Positions 13,836-29,603 of a stretch of DNA of 64,000 nucleotides are shown piece by piece (position 1 is the stretch's first letter; every line of letters begins with the position of its first letter). Below the pieces are notes generated by a model. The model saw only the letters and a program-made list of their open reading frames with translations, searched no databases and was not told where the DNA came from. Source of the DNA: Eledone cirrhosa (taxonomy: Eukaryota); the NCBI GenBank assembly GCA_964016885.1, contig OZ024743.1, positions 103,788,001 through 103,852,000 of the forward strand, read 5' to 3'. A program made the position numbers and the translations under genes.

Positions 13836-15310
13836 CTACCCACCCGGGTCGTTATGGGGTTTGAGGGCGAGGTAAATCCTACGCAATCTGTGTTTGCATG
13901 CTGTTACCAGTTCGTCTTTCTTGTTTAGGAGTTGGTCCTTCGAAAACAGCATTTGTAATGTTTCCTCCGAGCATAAGTTACACGGACAGCGTCCTCCCGT
14001 GTAAGAGTTAGCTCTGGACAGTAAGCTCCAAGTGAGATTGTAGGTTATATTATTATCTTGGAGGTCCCAGATGTGGCCCGAAAGTGTAGTGGCATGTCGC
14101 CGGACCGGGTTTCGGAAAGTATGTCTGTGTTGGTAGAGCCGGGACTTGAAGTCACACGCGGTTAATCCTATATAAGCTTTGTTGGAGGTGTCCGTCCTCA
14201 CGTTGCACTGGTAGATCACGTTACGTTCTCGGCATTTGTTGTTGAGGGGGCACGTAGATCTATCAGCAGTTACACCTCCTGGTCGGCTCTCCACTGATGT
14301 CTAGGTTATTTTTTCCATAGGGGTTGAGCTTTTTGTTGTTTGAGGAGACGATGTTTTGTGCGAAATTAGGTCTGGTGCTGTAGGAGAGTTTGATGGTGTT
14401 TTTGTTGATTTTGTTGTGGTAGCGGTGTTGTAGTGGGAAGTGTTTTTCGAGGAGTCTAAAGAAGATTTTCCCGATAGGTGTTGCCACCTCGGAATTATGG
14501 GGAGGATTGAACCACGTTACGTTGCGTGAGCGGCGGTGTCACCTACTGATTCCGCTAAGGGAAGCTGGATAAAAGGATATTTCCTCCCGGAAGCCACTCC
14601 GCTTGAGAGTCCGGTTGTAATGAGGCGCGTGTTCGTCGAATATCTGCTCATTAGCGAACAAACGAGATATGCGGAGGGAGATGTTTTTAACCAGGTTATT
14701 GGTGATGTTTCTAGGATGGTTAGAGCGGCGGTGGATGTAGTGCAGGTTGTCGTTTGGTTTCCTGTATGGGTAGTACAGATCATTTTCGAGGTAAGGGTAA
14801 CGTCCAGGAAATTGACTCGGGTTAGGGACGTTTGTAGGGTGATTTTAAATCCCCAGTCCCGGAAGAAGTTGATTAGTTGTTTACGGACCAGGTCTGTACT
14901 ACTGGGGTTGTACCCTATGAGGGTGAGGAGCCCATCATCCCGATACAATCCACCGCCGAATGCAGGAAACATTTCGGTGAGTTTAAATAGTAGGAATAAT
15001 CCTATAAGATCTGTGACCTCGGCCGAATCCGTCGCGCCCATACTGACGTCGAAGGGGGAGTCGGGAGCTCTCTTTATCCACTTGGGGTTTTCGAAAAGTA
15101 GGAATGTCTTCCTGGCGTGGAGAATGATATTTCTTTCCTGGTCAGTGATGGGCGCGAGTGTTTCGGCAAAGTCCAAGGCGGTTCTAAGGAGCGGTAAGGT
15201 AATAGATGCATAGTAACTCTCTATGTCAAACTGGATAAATTTTGCGTCTCATTTGTCCTCCATATTCCTGAACCGTGAAATTACTTCCTGGGCGCTGACC
15301 CATAGGCTGA
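13836..15310 (-). pseudogene. PLE reverse transcriptase + GIY-YIG endonuclease (frameshifted)
   Basis: FIQFDIESYY, FDVSMGA, GGGLYRDD, VNFLDVT; CNC..CPL..C...VIYQC...YIGLT...CNLCSEE. Confidence 0.93.
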
Positions 15311-16167
15311 GTCTCACGGGAGGACGCCGTCCGTATAACTTATGCTCGGAGGAAACATTACAAATGGTGTTTTCGAAGGACCAACTCCTAAACAAGAAAG
15401 ACGAACTGGTAACCGCATGCAAACACAGATTGCGTAGGACTTACCTCGCCCTCAAACCTCATAACGACCCGAGTGGGTAGACAAGGGCTGATACCCCCCC
15501 CACACACACACATACACTTGCCGAATAAGTTAGGGGAAACCCCAGATTACATAGCTAGATGTATCTCTTTTCTTTTCCTCTTTGTCTTCTTCTTCCTCCT
15601 GTCTCATCCTATCACTTCCTTCCACCCCTATTTTTTTCCTCGTCTGCCTTTCCCCTTTCGCCTACCCCGATGCAGCCAATCGGGCCTCTGTAGCATCAGT
15701 CCCCCCACCCCTGTAATTTTAGAATTGGCCGAATACGTTTTACTAACTACTTATAGCAGATGTGTTAAACCCCTTTAATTTTGTTTCAGTTTTGTTACTC
15801 CTCAATTTCTACAAGTTTTTTCTACTCTCAACTTATTAACCTGTAATTGTAAGATAGCATTGTGGGTTTTTTTAATTCATTTCTCACTATCTAATTTTAT
15901 ATATTTTTTTATTTATTTCTATTATCTTTTATAGTCTCCCACTCTCATTCGATTTACCTATCCTATAACCTCCCTCCTCCACTTCATACACTATCCTTAG
16001 AATCTGGTGTATACATATCATTTTCAACGCTTGACCGTTCCACTCACTCCCCTATTGTTCTGCGGGCAAGTTCAGCCACCCTTACCTCCCAGCAAATGCC
16101 ATGATAGACTTATTTGTGTTTACAACAAATTTTAACCAATCCTCTTGACAACTACAATCTTCCCATA

Positions 16168-16283
16168 TAAGGAAGTACCCCCTTGACAAGTTCGGCTATT
16201 TATTCACCAGGCTAAAAATTCTAATTTAGTCCAGAAATAGCCGTCGAAACGGCTTGAGCTCTGCCGTCGGGGTCATACTTTTT

Positions 16284-16286
<3 letters not shown>
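16168..16286 (+). ncRNA. Type I HHR with U3:A8 core (family B); mirror copy 13039-13156 (-)
   Basis: gaagta-ccccc TTGACAA g..cggctattt...aaatagccg.c GAAAC ggc...gcc GTC gggg..tactt. Confidence 0.8.
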
Positions 16287-16339
<53 letters not shown>

Positions 16340-16476
16340 CATATCCACATATATGCGTGTGTGTGTGTTATATCACACATATCTGTTTATATATTATGTG
16401 CTGTCATTTAACATGATTAAGATCTGTCGCAGAAACCATTTATTAAACGTGGTTATAACATAACATTATTGATATT

Positions 16477-16860
16477 AGGGATGGCAGTGTCGGTAGAGGG
16501 TCGGACGCCATGCTTTCCAGCATAGTTACGTCCCTTTACAGTCTGAGTTCAAATCCCGCCGAGGTTGACTTTGCCTTTCATCTTTACGGGGTCGATAAAA
16601 TAAAGTACCAGTAATGCACTGGGTAATTGCTGGCCTTGTGCCTAAAGTAGAAACAATTATTGATATTAGGGATGGCAGTGTCGGTAGAGGGTCGGACGCC
16701 ATGCTTTCCAGCATAGTTACGTCCCTTTACAGTCTGAGTTCAAATCCCGCCGAGGTTGACTTTGCCTTTCATCCTTACGGGGTCGATAAAATAAGGTACC
16801 AGTAATGCACTGGGTAATTGCTGGCCTTGTGCCTAAAGTAGAAACAATTATTGATATTAG
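16477..16860 (+). mobile_element. Two tandem tRNA-derived SINEs (191-bp period)
   Basis: TGGCAGTGTCGG A box, GAGTTCAAATCC B box, tail GTAGAAACAATTATT. Confidence 0.9.
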
Positions 16861-17884
16861 GGATATATTAATACAACTCCTTTGTAAAAATATAGTTACC
16901 AACATTTCGGTGTAGTTTCAGTAATATGAACGACAAATACATCGCAATCAGTAACATATACCATCGCTACCGCAATGATATATACTCGGCCATTGTGGGA
17001 GAACGCTGTCTGGCTTGCAGAACAACAGGCACAAGCCGCCTCCTGGTCCCATCAGACAGAATGGAGAAAGCGTTGTCCCGGAGAATAGAGCGGGGGTATT
17101 TGTTGAAAAAAAAACATTCCCGTTTTCAGGTATCACTCCTACGGGTGACCGACTCTGCCCCGATAGCAGTGAGTAGGCAGATGACATGACGACACAGAGA
17201 CCAAGAACGCCAGAAGTATCTACTGCTATAAGTTCAACAAATTTCAATAATTGATTGAACAAGTTTTTCTTATATATTGATTTCTGATTTAGGAACAAAA
17301 CCAGGACATTTGGAGAAAGGTAAAGTTGATTAAATCAACCCAAGTACTTCACTGATACCTTATTTGATCCAACCCCGAAGGTGGGAAGGCAAAATTGACC
17401 ATGGCTGGATTTGAAATTTTTCTTACATATATTAAAGCAAGATCTTTTGTAAACATTGAATCAATGTGTTTCTTTAAACTTTAAAGAAACCCATTGATTC
17501 AATATCATTGTTTAAAGTTTAAACGTTTATTGTATTTATATTGGGGAGAAATAAGGAGGTAACATTATAACTGCCATAATCTTAAACTAATTTGAAATTC
17601 CGGTTTTTGTTGTTGATGTTGTTTCGCTCCACGTCAAATCTGAAAGAGCAGACATGATTAAAAGCAATCTAGCTATGACCGTCATATCTGTCTTTTTTTT
17701 GTTTTTTTGTTTTTCAGTGATGATATATGTAGAACTACGTTATTATCCATCATGTCTCCTTTGTTAAAGACATTAGTGTGCAATTTAAGGAAGAACAATG
17801 TTTTCTTAGCACGCATTGTTATAAGGGAAGCTTTCTGCAGTTGCTATGGAAACGGATGACTTTCCCCATTAACGACTCTAGTGC

Positions 17885-19310
17885 GTTACTAGCATTTTAT
17901 TTTATCGACCCCGCAGTGATGAAAGGCAAAGCTAACCTCGAAGGGATTTGAACTCAGACCGTAAAGGACCGTATCTCTATGCTGCAAAGCATGCTGTCCA
18001 ACGCTCTTCCGATACTGCCAATCCGCCGTACCATCTTATAATAATTGTTTCTACTTTAGGCACAAGGCCAGCAATTACCCAGTGCATTACTGGTACTTTA
18101 TTTTATCGACCCCGTAAGGATGAAAGGCAAAGTTAACCACGGTGGGATTTGAACTCAGAATGACAAGGGCCGTAACTCTATGTGTCAAAGCATGGCGTCA
18201 GACGCTCTACCGTTACTGCCAATCCACCATCTTATAATAATTGTTTCTACTTTTTTGGCACAAGGCCAGCAATTACCCAGTGCATTACTGGTACTTTATT
18301 TTATCGACCCCGTAAGGATGAAAGGCAAAGTTAACCTCTTATAATAATGGCAGTTGATACAATTCAAGCTTTCTCTCTTTCGGTATATAGTATGCTTAAC
18401 GTAGATCTCAGGAAGATTCAACGTGACACAATAAGTTAGCAACATAAGGTGTGACGTACGCTTTTATTGAGAACATTTGCAGCATATCTGCAATGAAATA
18501 CCTTTGTTGAAATCAAAATCGAATTCAACGCCTGGTTTTACCGTGAGTTTACAGAAAATCTGACATATGCTTTTATCGAGGACATTTGCCACGTATCTAA
18601 ATGGGAATAACTATTCTGGAGTCAAAATTGAATTCCGGACTTGGTTTTACCGTGGTACTGTCTATTTTTCTCTGACACTGGTTAACTACACAGTTACATG
18701 TAATCTACAAAACATCGATTACTTTTAAGGGCACACAACACAAAGCTAATGGTCGTCGACCATATGTGATTACATGGACCCTGTTGTGTTACTGTTAGCT
18801 ATTAAAACCTGAAATATGAAAGTTAAAATTGCCTTAGCAGGAGCTTTTCTAAAAGAAACAAAAACAACATAAACATACTTTCTGACATTGAAGAAAGGGG
18901 AAAGTCGAATATATCGACCACAGTGATTGACTGGTACTTCATTTTATCGTCCCTGGAAAGATGATAGGCAAAGTGGATCTTTGCGGCATTTGAACACAGA
19001 CGTAGAAATCCATACATAAACACTACACAATATTTTATCTGACGCTCTACCGATACTGCCAAACTACAGACCTAACATTTCTACAAAATAATGGTTTCTT
19101 ATTTAGGCACAGGGCCAACAATTTTGGGGAGGGGGAAAGTCGATTGAATCGACCCCAATTCATTACTGGTACTTTATTTTATCAGCCTCGTAAGGATGAA
19201 GGGCAAAGCTAGCCACGATGGGATTTGAACTCAAAGCGTAAAGGTTCGTAATTCTATGCCGCTAAGCATGAATGTCCGACGGTCTACCGATACTGCCAAT
19301 CTACGGCCCT
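17885..19310 (-). mobile_element. Cluster of about 5 copies of the same SINE family (others near 5286, 6745, 30900, 31975, 33545, 37570, 46870, 54367, 62148)
   Basis: Repeated AATTGTTTCTACTTT.GGCACAAGGCCAGCAATT...GGATTTGAACTC. Confidence 0.85.
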
Positions 19311-19850
19311 AACATTTCTACAAAATAACGAGGTAGCATGATATTCAATCTTGGCTTCTATTGATTTTGTCTCCTCCACTGCCTTTATCCTATCTATTAT
19401 TGTTTAAGTGCAATAGCTTATCTACGGAACATACTTCCGAATGAATGTTACAAGTGAGAAACGTTGATTGAGAAGTAAATCAGTATATATCAACCTCCGG
19501 CTATAAGTGATTAAGAAATGAATCATTGCTAAGACAATAAAAAAACTCTATATTGTGTAATTAATGTGTAAGGGAATGCCAGTCCTTATCTAGAGTAAGT
19601 GTGGATATGTGAAATACTTTCGCGCATTTAAAAATTAGAGAAGTTGCCAAAGACAAATCTAATATAGTTTCTTGTGTAACGCTGGTTTCTGTAAAACCAG
19701 AAAACAATTAATCAAACTAAAAGGTTCCTTTCTGATGACAAGGAAAGAGGAAAATTAATTAGAAATTTAATTTCTTCAAATGATTAGCGCATGTTAAGAA
19801 AAATACATAAAAATAAATGACTTAAAATCAGTATACATATATATGTGTGT

Positions 19851-19915
<65 letters not shown>

Positions 19916-20279
19916 CTTTCGCCGTATTTTTTAACTAAAATTTCTTTATAATTTCAAACTCGCTCGCTGTTTCAAAACATACTTACTTGTCATAAATTAA
20001 GTTAAATTAAGGGTGTCATGTCAGATAGACATGCGCCATATCACCCGTAAATTGATTAACATATAAATTGATTGACATATAAATATATCTAAAATAAACA
20101 TATGAAACAATCACAGGGGATAATTTGTAAAAGTGTGTAAGCACACATAGCTGTGTAGGTAACTAAATAAACTTTAACTAGAACTTCAAAAATAGATACC
20201 ACACGACGACGATATTTTTTCCCTTTGTTAGGTTTCTCTAACAACTGCTTACTAGGTGAAGCGTGTTAATTGGCCTCAG

Positions 20280-21300
20280 ATCAGTCCTTGATTTTAGACG
20301 CTCAATATATCACGTAGGTTTTGGGCAGTGACAGTGATGGTAGAAATTTGGGCACTGCCTGTAATGTCGGGGATCCCAAGGCTTTTGATGAAAGACGTAA
20401 TGCGTTTAGGGACTGTGCATAGCGCCCCAATGACTATTAGCATGAATTCTGCCTCTACATTGTGATCAGCTCTAATAGCGCCTGTAAGGTCTGCATACTT
20501 ATTGATCTTTTGCATTTTCCTTTCAGCCACATTGGAGTCTTGAGGGATCGCAATATCAATTAAAGTACATTTGCGGGTTTGTTTGGTTTTACAATATCAG
20601 GGCGGTTGTGTTGGACATTGTTTGTGGTCTTCATCTCAATGTCAATAAATAGATGTACTCCCTTAGAAGTATGTTCGTACCACTGGCATTGCGTTTCTAT
20701 GTTGTATTTTTTGCAGAAAACCCAATGGATTCTTTTTGCTCTAAGATAATCCCGGATTTTATGTCTTTTTGTTAATTGCTCACACCCACTAGCAATATGT
20801 GTCACAAATTGGTCTGATTCATGGCATGCTCTGCAAAGTGGGGAGCAATTTTGTCCATTAATGTTAGCTTTCACCTAATTGGTTCTGAGTTCCTCGTCTT
20901 GTGTGGCAGTAATAATAGCCTCAGTTCTCCTTTAACCTAACTTGACCTAAACCAAAGCCAAGACCTAGTATCAGGTGTGCCTTCAATGACAGCTGGAAAT
21001 TTTCTTTCCATACCTGCTTTTGTTTCTCTCTAACGGCTTTGTTGTATGCTTTCTTACCTTGACTTTCAGTTATAAAGTCTTCCCTCAGAACTTCTCTGAG
21101 TAATGGTTCTTTAGTTAATATCATATAGTTCCACAAGCTATTGCACTCCTTACGCACACATTGCTTAACCGAAATTAAACCTCCTCCACCTTGGTTTCTC
21201 CTAATGTACAGTCCTGCAATATTTCCCCTTGGGTGTAAGCACCCATTGCACGTTAAAATCTTACGTGTGCGTCTATCAATTCCTTCAAGTACCGAGCGCC
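20280..21300 (-). mobile_element. R4/Dong-like non-LTR retrotransposon 3' relic (RLE endonuclease)
   Basis: LHPRGNIAGLYIRRNQGGGGL, CRAC..HIASGC zinc finger, HNRPDIV, KINKYADL, IVIGALCTV. Confidence 0.85.
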
Positions 21301-22895
21301 TGATTTGAAACGGCTCCGATAGGTGGCCCCAATCCAGCCTTTCAGACAAGACCGAAGTCGGCTGCCTTGGGGGGCAGCGCCCAGGTATCGATGCTCGCCC
21401 TATCGAAAGTTGTCGATTAATCCAAATTGATCAGAGACCCACCGAAACTAGGTTTACTCCCTACCTTCTATATGATGTATCGCATGAGGTAAAGGTTGTT
21501 GCGTGTGGACCTGGTTGGGATTGCACACGTTTGCACCTCTCCTACCAGGTTTTCGACGACAAGCGCCAACCTCGTTGCTATCTCCTTAGCCAAAGTCTTA
21601 AACTCTGTGTTTAGCAGAGTTATTGGCCTGAAGTTGTCTTAAAGTTCCTCTTGTTGGCTTTCCTCATTAGCGTTACTATGCCCCGACTCACAAAATTGGG
21701 AATTCTCCTGTTCTACTGTCAGTTGTCGACGGCGGCTTCGGGAAGATCGGAGAACAAGCCACGCATATCTACATAAATCCCATAGGGCCGATCATCCAAA
21801 CCGGGTGATTTGCGCCTCATACAGTCGGCCAGAGCTCTCCCAATCTTGGCTGCTGTTATCGGCTTTTCGCAGAACTCCGCATCTGTCATCGAGAGTCGCG
21901 GCAAGCCGTCGAGGTAGTAACAGAAGTCCACTACCGTCTCCGACCCCCACTCTCCCCGAATAGTCGTGCAAAATACTGGCGAAAAGCAGCACACATCTGA
22001 ATTGTAGTTTTGTTTCTACGCTCCGCCTCTGGCACTCGGACCCATCGAACAGCTTTCGTTCCCTTGCTTCTTAGAGCACGCGTCAATGCTCTGACAATGC
22101 AACCTTCGTCTTTCGCACTGAAGAAATGGTCTAGTGCCATTCTCGCAGCTAGCACATCGATTGCAGTCGTAATCACCTCATCTATTTTAGATACTAACTC
22201 TCCTTCTTTTCTATTTTTTCCTATTGCTACTTCTGTTGAAAGCACCCTAGCGTCTATTGTTGACAACTGCCTGTCAACTTTTGTTCAACTAAAGTACTAA
22301 CTGTTGTTGTTGTTGTTGTTGCTGGTGGTGGTGGTGGTGGTGGTGGTGGTGGTGGTGGTGGTGGTGGTTCGGTTGTTGATGTTGTTGGTCTTGTTGTTGT
22401 AATTGCTGGTGCTGTTAGTGGTGGTGGTGTTGTTGTTGTTGTTGTTGTTGGTGGTGGTGGTCTTGTTGCTGCTGCTGATAGTGGTGCTGTTGTTATTGCT
22501 GGTGTTGTTGTTGGTGGTGGTGGTGTTGTTGGTCTTGTTGCTGTAGTTGCTGCTGCTGTTAGTGGTGTTGTTGTTGCTGGTGGTGGTGGTGGTGGTGGTG
22601 GTGGTGGTGATGGTAGTTAGGTTGTTGATGTTGTTGGTCTTGTTGCTGTAGTTGCTGCTGCTGTTAGTGGTGTTGTTGTTGCTGGTGTTGGTGGTGTTGG
22701 TGGTGGTGGTGATGGTGGTGGTGGTGGTGGTGGTCGTCGTGGTGGTGTTGGTGGTGGTGGTGGTGGTGGTGGTAGTTAGGTTGTTGGTGTTGTTCGTCTT
22801 GTTGCTGTAGTTGCTGCTGCTGTTAGTGGTGTTGTTGTTGCTGGTGTTGGTGGTGGTGGTGTTGGTGGTGGTGGTGCTGGTGGTGGTGGTGGTGT

Positions 22896-22926
<31 letters not shown>

Positions 22927-23036
22927 GGTGGTGGTGGTGTTGGTGGTGGTGGTGGTGGTGGTGGTGTTGGTGGTGGTGGTGCTGGTGGTGGTGGTGGTGT
23001 TGGTGGTGGTGGTGGTGCTGGTGGTGGTGGTGGTGT

Positions 23037-23067
<31 letters not shown>

Positions 23068-23144
23068 GGTGGTGGTGCTGGTGGTGGTGGTGGTGTTGGT
23101 GGTGGTGGTGGTGGTGGTGGTGGTGGTGGTGGTGGTGGTGGTGT

Positions 23145-23175
<31 letters not shown>

Positions 23176-23327
23176 GGTGGTGGTGGTGCTGGTGGTGGTG
23201 GTGGTGGTGCTGGTAGTGGTGGTGGTGGTGCTGGTGGTGGTGGTCGTGGTGGTGGTGGTGGTGGTGGTGGTGGTGTTGGTGGTGGTGGTGTTGGTGGTGA
23301 TGGTGGTGGTGGTGGTGGTGGTGTTGG

Positions 23328-23358
<31 letters not shown>

Positions 23359-23423
23359 GGTGGTGGTGGTGTTGGTGGTGGTGGTGGTGGTGGTGGTGCT
23401 GCTGGTGGTGGTGGTGGTGTTGG

Positions 23424-23454
<31 letters not shown>

Positions 23455-24700
23455 GGTGGTGGTGGTGCTGGTGGTGGTGGTGGTGGTGCTGGTAGTGGTG
23501 GTGGTGGTGGTGGTGCTGGTGGTGCTGGTGGTGGTGCTGGTAGTGGTGGTGGTGGTGCTGGTGGTGGTGGTCGTGGTGGTGGTGGTGGTGGTGGTGGTGG
23601 TGGTGTTGGTGGTGGTGGTGTTGGTGGTGATGGTGGTGGTGGTGGTGGTGGTAGTGGTGGTGGTGGTGGTGGTGGTAGTAGTTAGGTTGATGGTGTTGTT
23701 GGTCTTGTTGCTGTAGTTGCTGGTGTTGGTGGTGTTGTTGTTGCTGGTGTTGGTGGTTGTGGTGGTGATGATGGTGGTGATGGTGGTGGTGGTAGTTAGG
23801 TTGATGGTGTTGTTGGTCTTGTTGCTGTAGTTGCTGGTGTTGGTGGTGTTGTTGTTGTTGCTGGTGGTGGTGGTTGTGGTGGTGGTGGTGGTGATGGTGG
23901 TGGTGATGGTGGTGGTGGTGGTGTTGGTGGTGGTGGTGATGGTAGTTAGGTTGATGGTGTTGTTGGTCTTGTTGCTGTAGTTGCTGGTGTTGGTGCTTCT
24001 GCTGAAGAACTTGGTTTTTCTGTTAAAGCTGATGTTGCTGCCAGGTTTGATACCACTGTTGTGGTTGTTGTTGTTTGGGAGCACCTGGCGTTGACAGTAA
24101 GGAGACCTTCTAATACCCTGTCTTGTGTTGAGGGCAGATGCAGGGCAATATCCACCTGATGTTTATTTCTGGTGGAATTCCTAAAATGTTCAACTTCACC
24201 GTCCTTCTTTCGAAATAAGAGGGTACTAGACACACTTCACACTCTGACGGGGAACCACGGAATGTTTCACGGCCTGAGCTTTACTTTTAAAGAGCACTGA
24301 AATGCCCGCAAACTGCCTTGACTGCGCGATGTGTTGCACGTCGGGCATTATTTATTTCGACTTTTGCCTGATTTGTTGGCTCCGGTCGTTTCGTGTCTTT
24401 GGATATGCATTTGTAAGTGACCGCTTTTTTCTGCGTTTCTGCCAACCCTTCAAGGAGATGGGATGGCAACGCCAACCCATATTTTTCCACTTCTATGAGT
24501 TTGGCTTCATGAGCCAAACATGTATCTTTTACAGCGATGTTCATAAAGAACAGTTCAGTACTTTTGGCAGCTGTTCCTGTAAATTTATTTTGCTGTTGTT
24601 ATTATTAATGTTCATATTGTTGTCATTTGTGTTGTCGCTGTCGTCTGTGTTAGTGATACTTTTGTTTTTGTTTCAGTAATAAATGTTCTATACGATAAGT
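21300..24700 (-). mobile_element. Tx1/L1-like LINE relic (ORF1 remnant, triplet expansion, ORF2 remnant)
   Basis: KSPGLD, FRPITLLNTEFKTLAK, QTCAIPTRS in 21300-22296; 24287-24544 resembles the ORF1 at 32.4-33.0 kb. Confidence 0.75.
22300..23997. repeat. 1.7-kb (GGT/GTT/GCT)n triplet expansion with higher-order units
   Basis: Seen directly; recurring unit translates NTSNYSNKTNNTINLTTT on the - strand. Confidence 0.95.
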
Positions 24701-25892
24701 TGAATAACAATGTGAATATAGAACAAACTTAAGTGTGTAACAAGTCTTGGGTTATTTAGTTATTTATAAAGAATAAAGTGAAGTAAAATAATTAAGCAAA
24801 CGTTGAGATAAAACAAAATGAGCAACATAAAAGGAAAACGGAAGAAGAAAGATAACAAAAAGGCAACAGAAACGAGAGAAATTAAACGAAATTATCCTTA
24901 TTTTACAAGAACACGTGATCTTAATTGGATATTTCCTTGATATAGTAAAGTGTTATAATTATTACAATGTTTTAATCTTGATTACATTAATGTAAGCTTG
25001 ATTTGCACTGTAGAATCAAATCAATAAACGAGAGAGCCACTTCGTTGGTAGCTCAAGCTGTTGAAAACAGCCGCCAAATCAATTTGAAATTATACCCCTA
25101 ACGTCTTAAAAACGAAGGACACGGTGGATTATGAAGTCTTAGGGAGACAATACCCTAACATCGTTGTATACTTTCACTGGTGTTGCACAATAGCAAATAA
25201 AGTTTTTTAAAATATGCTTCAGTCCTATAGGGTAGTGCGTCCACATAGTTTTCTATGTATATATATGTAAGGACATGTAACCTCTAATGCAGTCGTTGTG
25301 GCACTATCGTAACAAACAGTGTATCCTGGGTATTTTAAACTTGGTGGATCCCATTCCCTTTCCAGACCTGAACTCAGTTGATTTCTTCCAGGAAGGAGAA
25401 AGAGTGAGAGGCAAGAGAGAAAGTGCTATCGAAAAAGAATCGACTTCAGTATTGGACTGGTATTTTTTTATCGAGCTCGAAAGGATGAAAGGAAAAGTGC
25501 ACCGCAAAGCATTCTATCTCACGTTCTAATGGCACTGCCATTTTATTGTCTTATAGTTTTCTATAGTTATAGATATGCCTAGCTCAGGATTGTATGAACT
25601 TCACGTATTTCGTAATCGTCCAATAATAATTTCAAACACATCAATCTGGAATTATCTTGGAAAATTATTTATGTGGATAAAATAATCTTGTTCACACAAA
25701 ATCTTATTTATCTGATATATATGACAATTTTGCAGAAACCATTTTATAACTTGAACTTTGGTATTTTCTGTAGAGGCAGAATCTGCAACATGATGATGTC
25801 AGTTTCCTATTATTTTTTAATTCACCACATTTAAGCCACTAAGATCCTTGACAAATAATTGATCGAAACTTCTCGTTCACTCTATTATAATA

Positions 25893-26300
25893 TACTAGCA
25901 GAGGTACCCGGCGTTGCTCGGGTATTAAATAGCAGTTATGTATACCATTTATGTCAATACTTCAGTGCTGCTTCAAAAACTATACTTTTACAAAATCATC
26001 AGCTTTTTCCAAAAGGGGGTTCCTGCCCCCAGGGGTCCCCTACTCAATATGTCCCAATTCTGAGAGTTCACATTCATCTGTAGAACAAACGTAGCTCATG
26101 TGTCAAGTTTTGTGAAAATCGTTTGCAAACTCCACAAGTTATGACGTTTTGTTGCATTGCACTGCAGTTCTTCAGTCGACTCCAAGGAAGCGGGAGGCCC
26201 TATAATCAATATCTGGAAAAATGAAAGTGCCCATGACCATCCGGAGTACATAAGTAACCTATGTCTTAAATTTGGTGAAAATACTGTAGAAATGCATAAG
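25893..26300 (+). mobile_element. Helentron/HINE-like non-autonomous element (similar starts near 62000 and 62765)
   Basis: ACTAGCAGAGGTACCCGGCGTTGCTCGGG terminal hairpin motif; AAGTTT..GAAAATCG body motifs. Confidence 0.5.
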
Positions 26301-26710
26301 GTTTACACACACACGCGCGTGCGTGTGTGTGTATGTATTTGTGTGTGCGTATATATATGTATGTGTATGTCCATCGGCGCATACGTATGTACTGGCCTAT
26401 ATCTTCACTATTTACTTTTACTATTTTAATAACCTCTGTCATTTTCGTTTTCAATTTTATTTACATCATTCTTAAACTCCGGGGCTGGAAATCATTCGGT
26501 TATTTTAAATAGAATATTAGTCTAACGACTCCATTTATACCATAAACTTGGTCTTGTCTTTGCATGAAATTGTTCTTTTCGATCCACATAACGACGTATA
26601 ATCCTCGCTCTTTTTCCGTTCATTGCCAGGGAACGTCTTCGCGAACCAAAATATCGTCTTCCTGTTTTCCTTCGGTTGCAACGCTTCTCGAAATATTAAC
26701 TTCTGCGTTC

Positions 26711-26786
26711 ACAGATTAAATTTTTTAGTTTCAGAAGATCCCGTTAATGTTGAAAGCAGCGAATATTTGCTTAAACTTTAATCTGT
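26711..26786 (+). ncRNA. Type I HHR-like motif with CAGAAGA core (family C); copies 43620-43695 (-), 44150-44224 (+), 56485-56557 (+)
   Basis: acagattaa..agttt CAGAAGA tccc/gggt GAAA gca...tgc TT aaact ttaatctgt; stem II is intact in the other three copies and degraded here. Confidence 0.7.
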
Positions 26787-26792
26787 TCTTAT

Positions 26793-26879
<87 letters not shown>

Positions 26880-27137
26880 ATGCTTTGTACGGCTTTTGGA
26901 GGAAGGAGTGACCAGCAGTACGTTGTTCGGTATTATTACGAAAAGGTGTAGCAGAGAATCCCGCATGAACTAACAGCTCGGGAGGAAACTGCTTACCTCG
27001 AAGATTCATTCGCCATCGTTCTTGTCAACGCTCCGTTTACTTGGTATTTGTTGGTCTACAGTTAGATGAATGGCGCACAAAGGGTTATGTTTATTGGCAA
27101 GAAGTTTTTTTAATAAGAGCGACCTACAATGTATCTG

Positions 27138-27188
<51 letters not shown>

Positions 27189-27197
27189 ATATATATG

Positions 27198-27270
<73 letters not shown>

Positions 27271-27342
27271 ATATATTTTTATGTGTATATTTATATATGT
27301 GTATATGTGTATATCTATATATGTGTATATGTGTTTGTATAC

Positions 27343-29454
<2,112 letters not shown>

Positions 29455-29553
29455 ATATATGTGTGTGTATATGTATATATGTGTATATATATATATATGT
29501 ATATATAAGTATATATGTATATATGTGTGTGTATGTGTGTGTGTGTGTGTGTA

Positions 29554-29603
<50 letters not shown>

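Larger units (their letters stand above)
12960..16288 (-). mobile_element. 5'-truncated Penelope-like retroelement with a ~970-bp inverted pLTR
   Basis: RT and GIY-YIG on the - strand; 13037-14001 is the reverse complement of 15315-16287; flanked by (TA)n. Confidence 0.95.
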
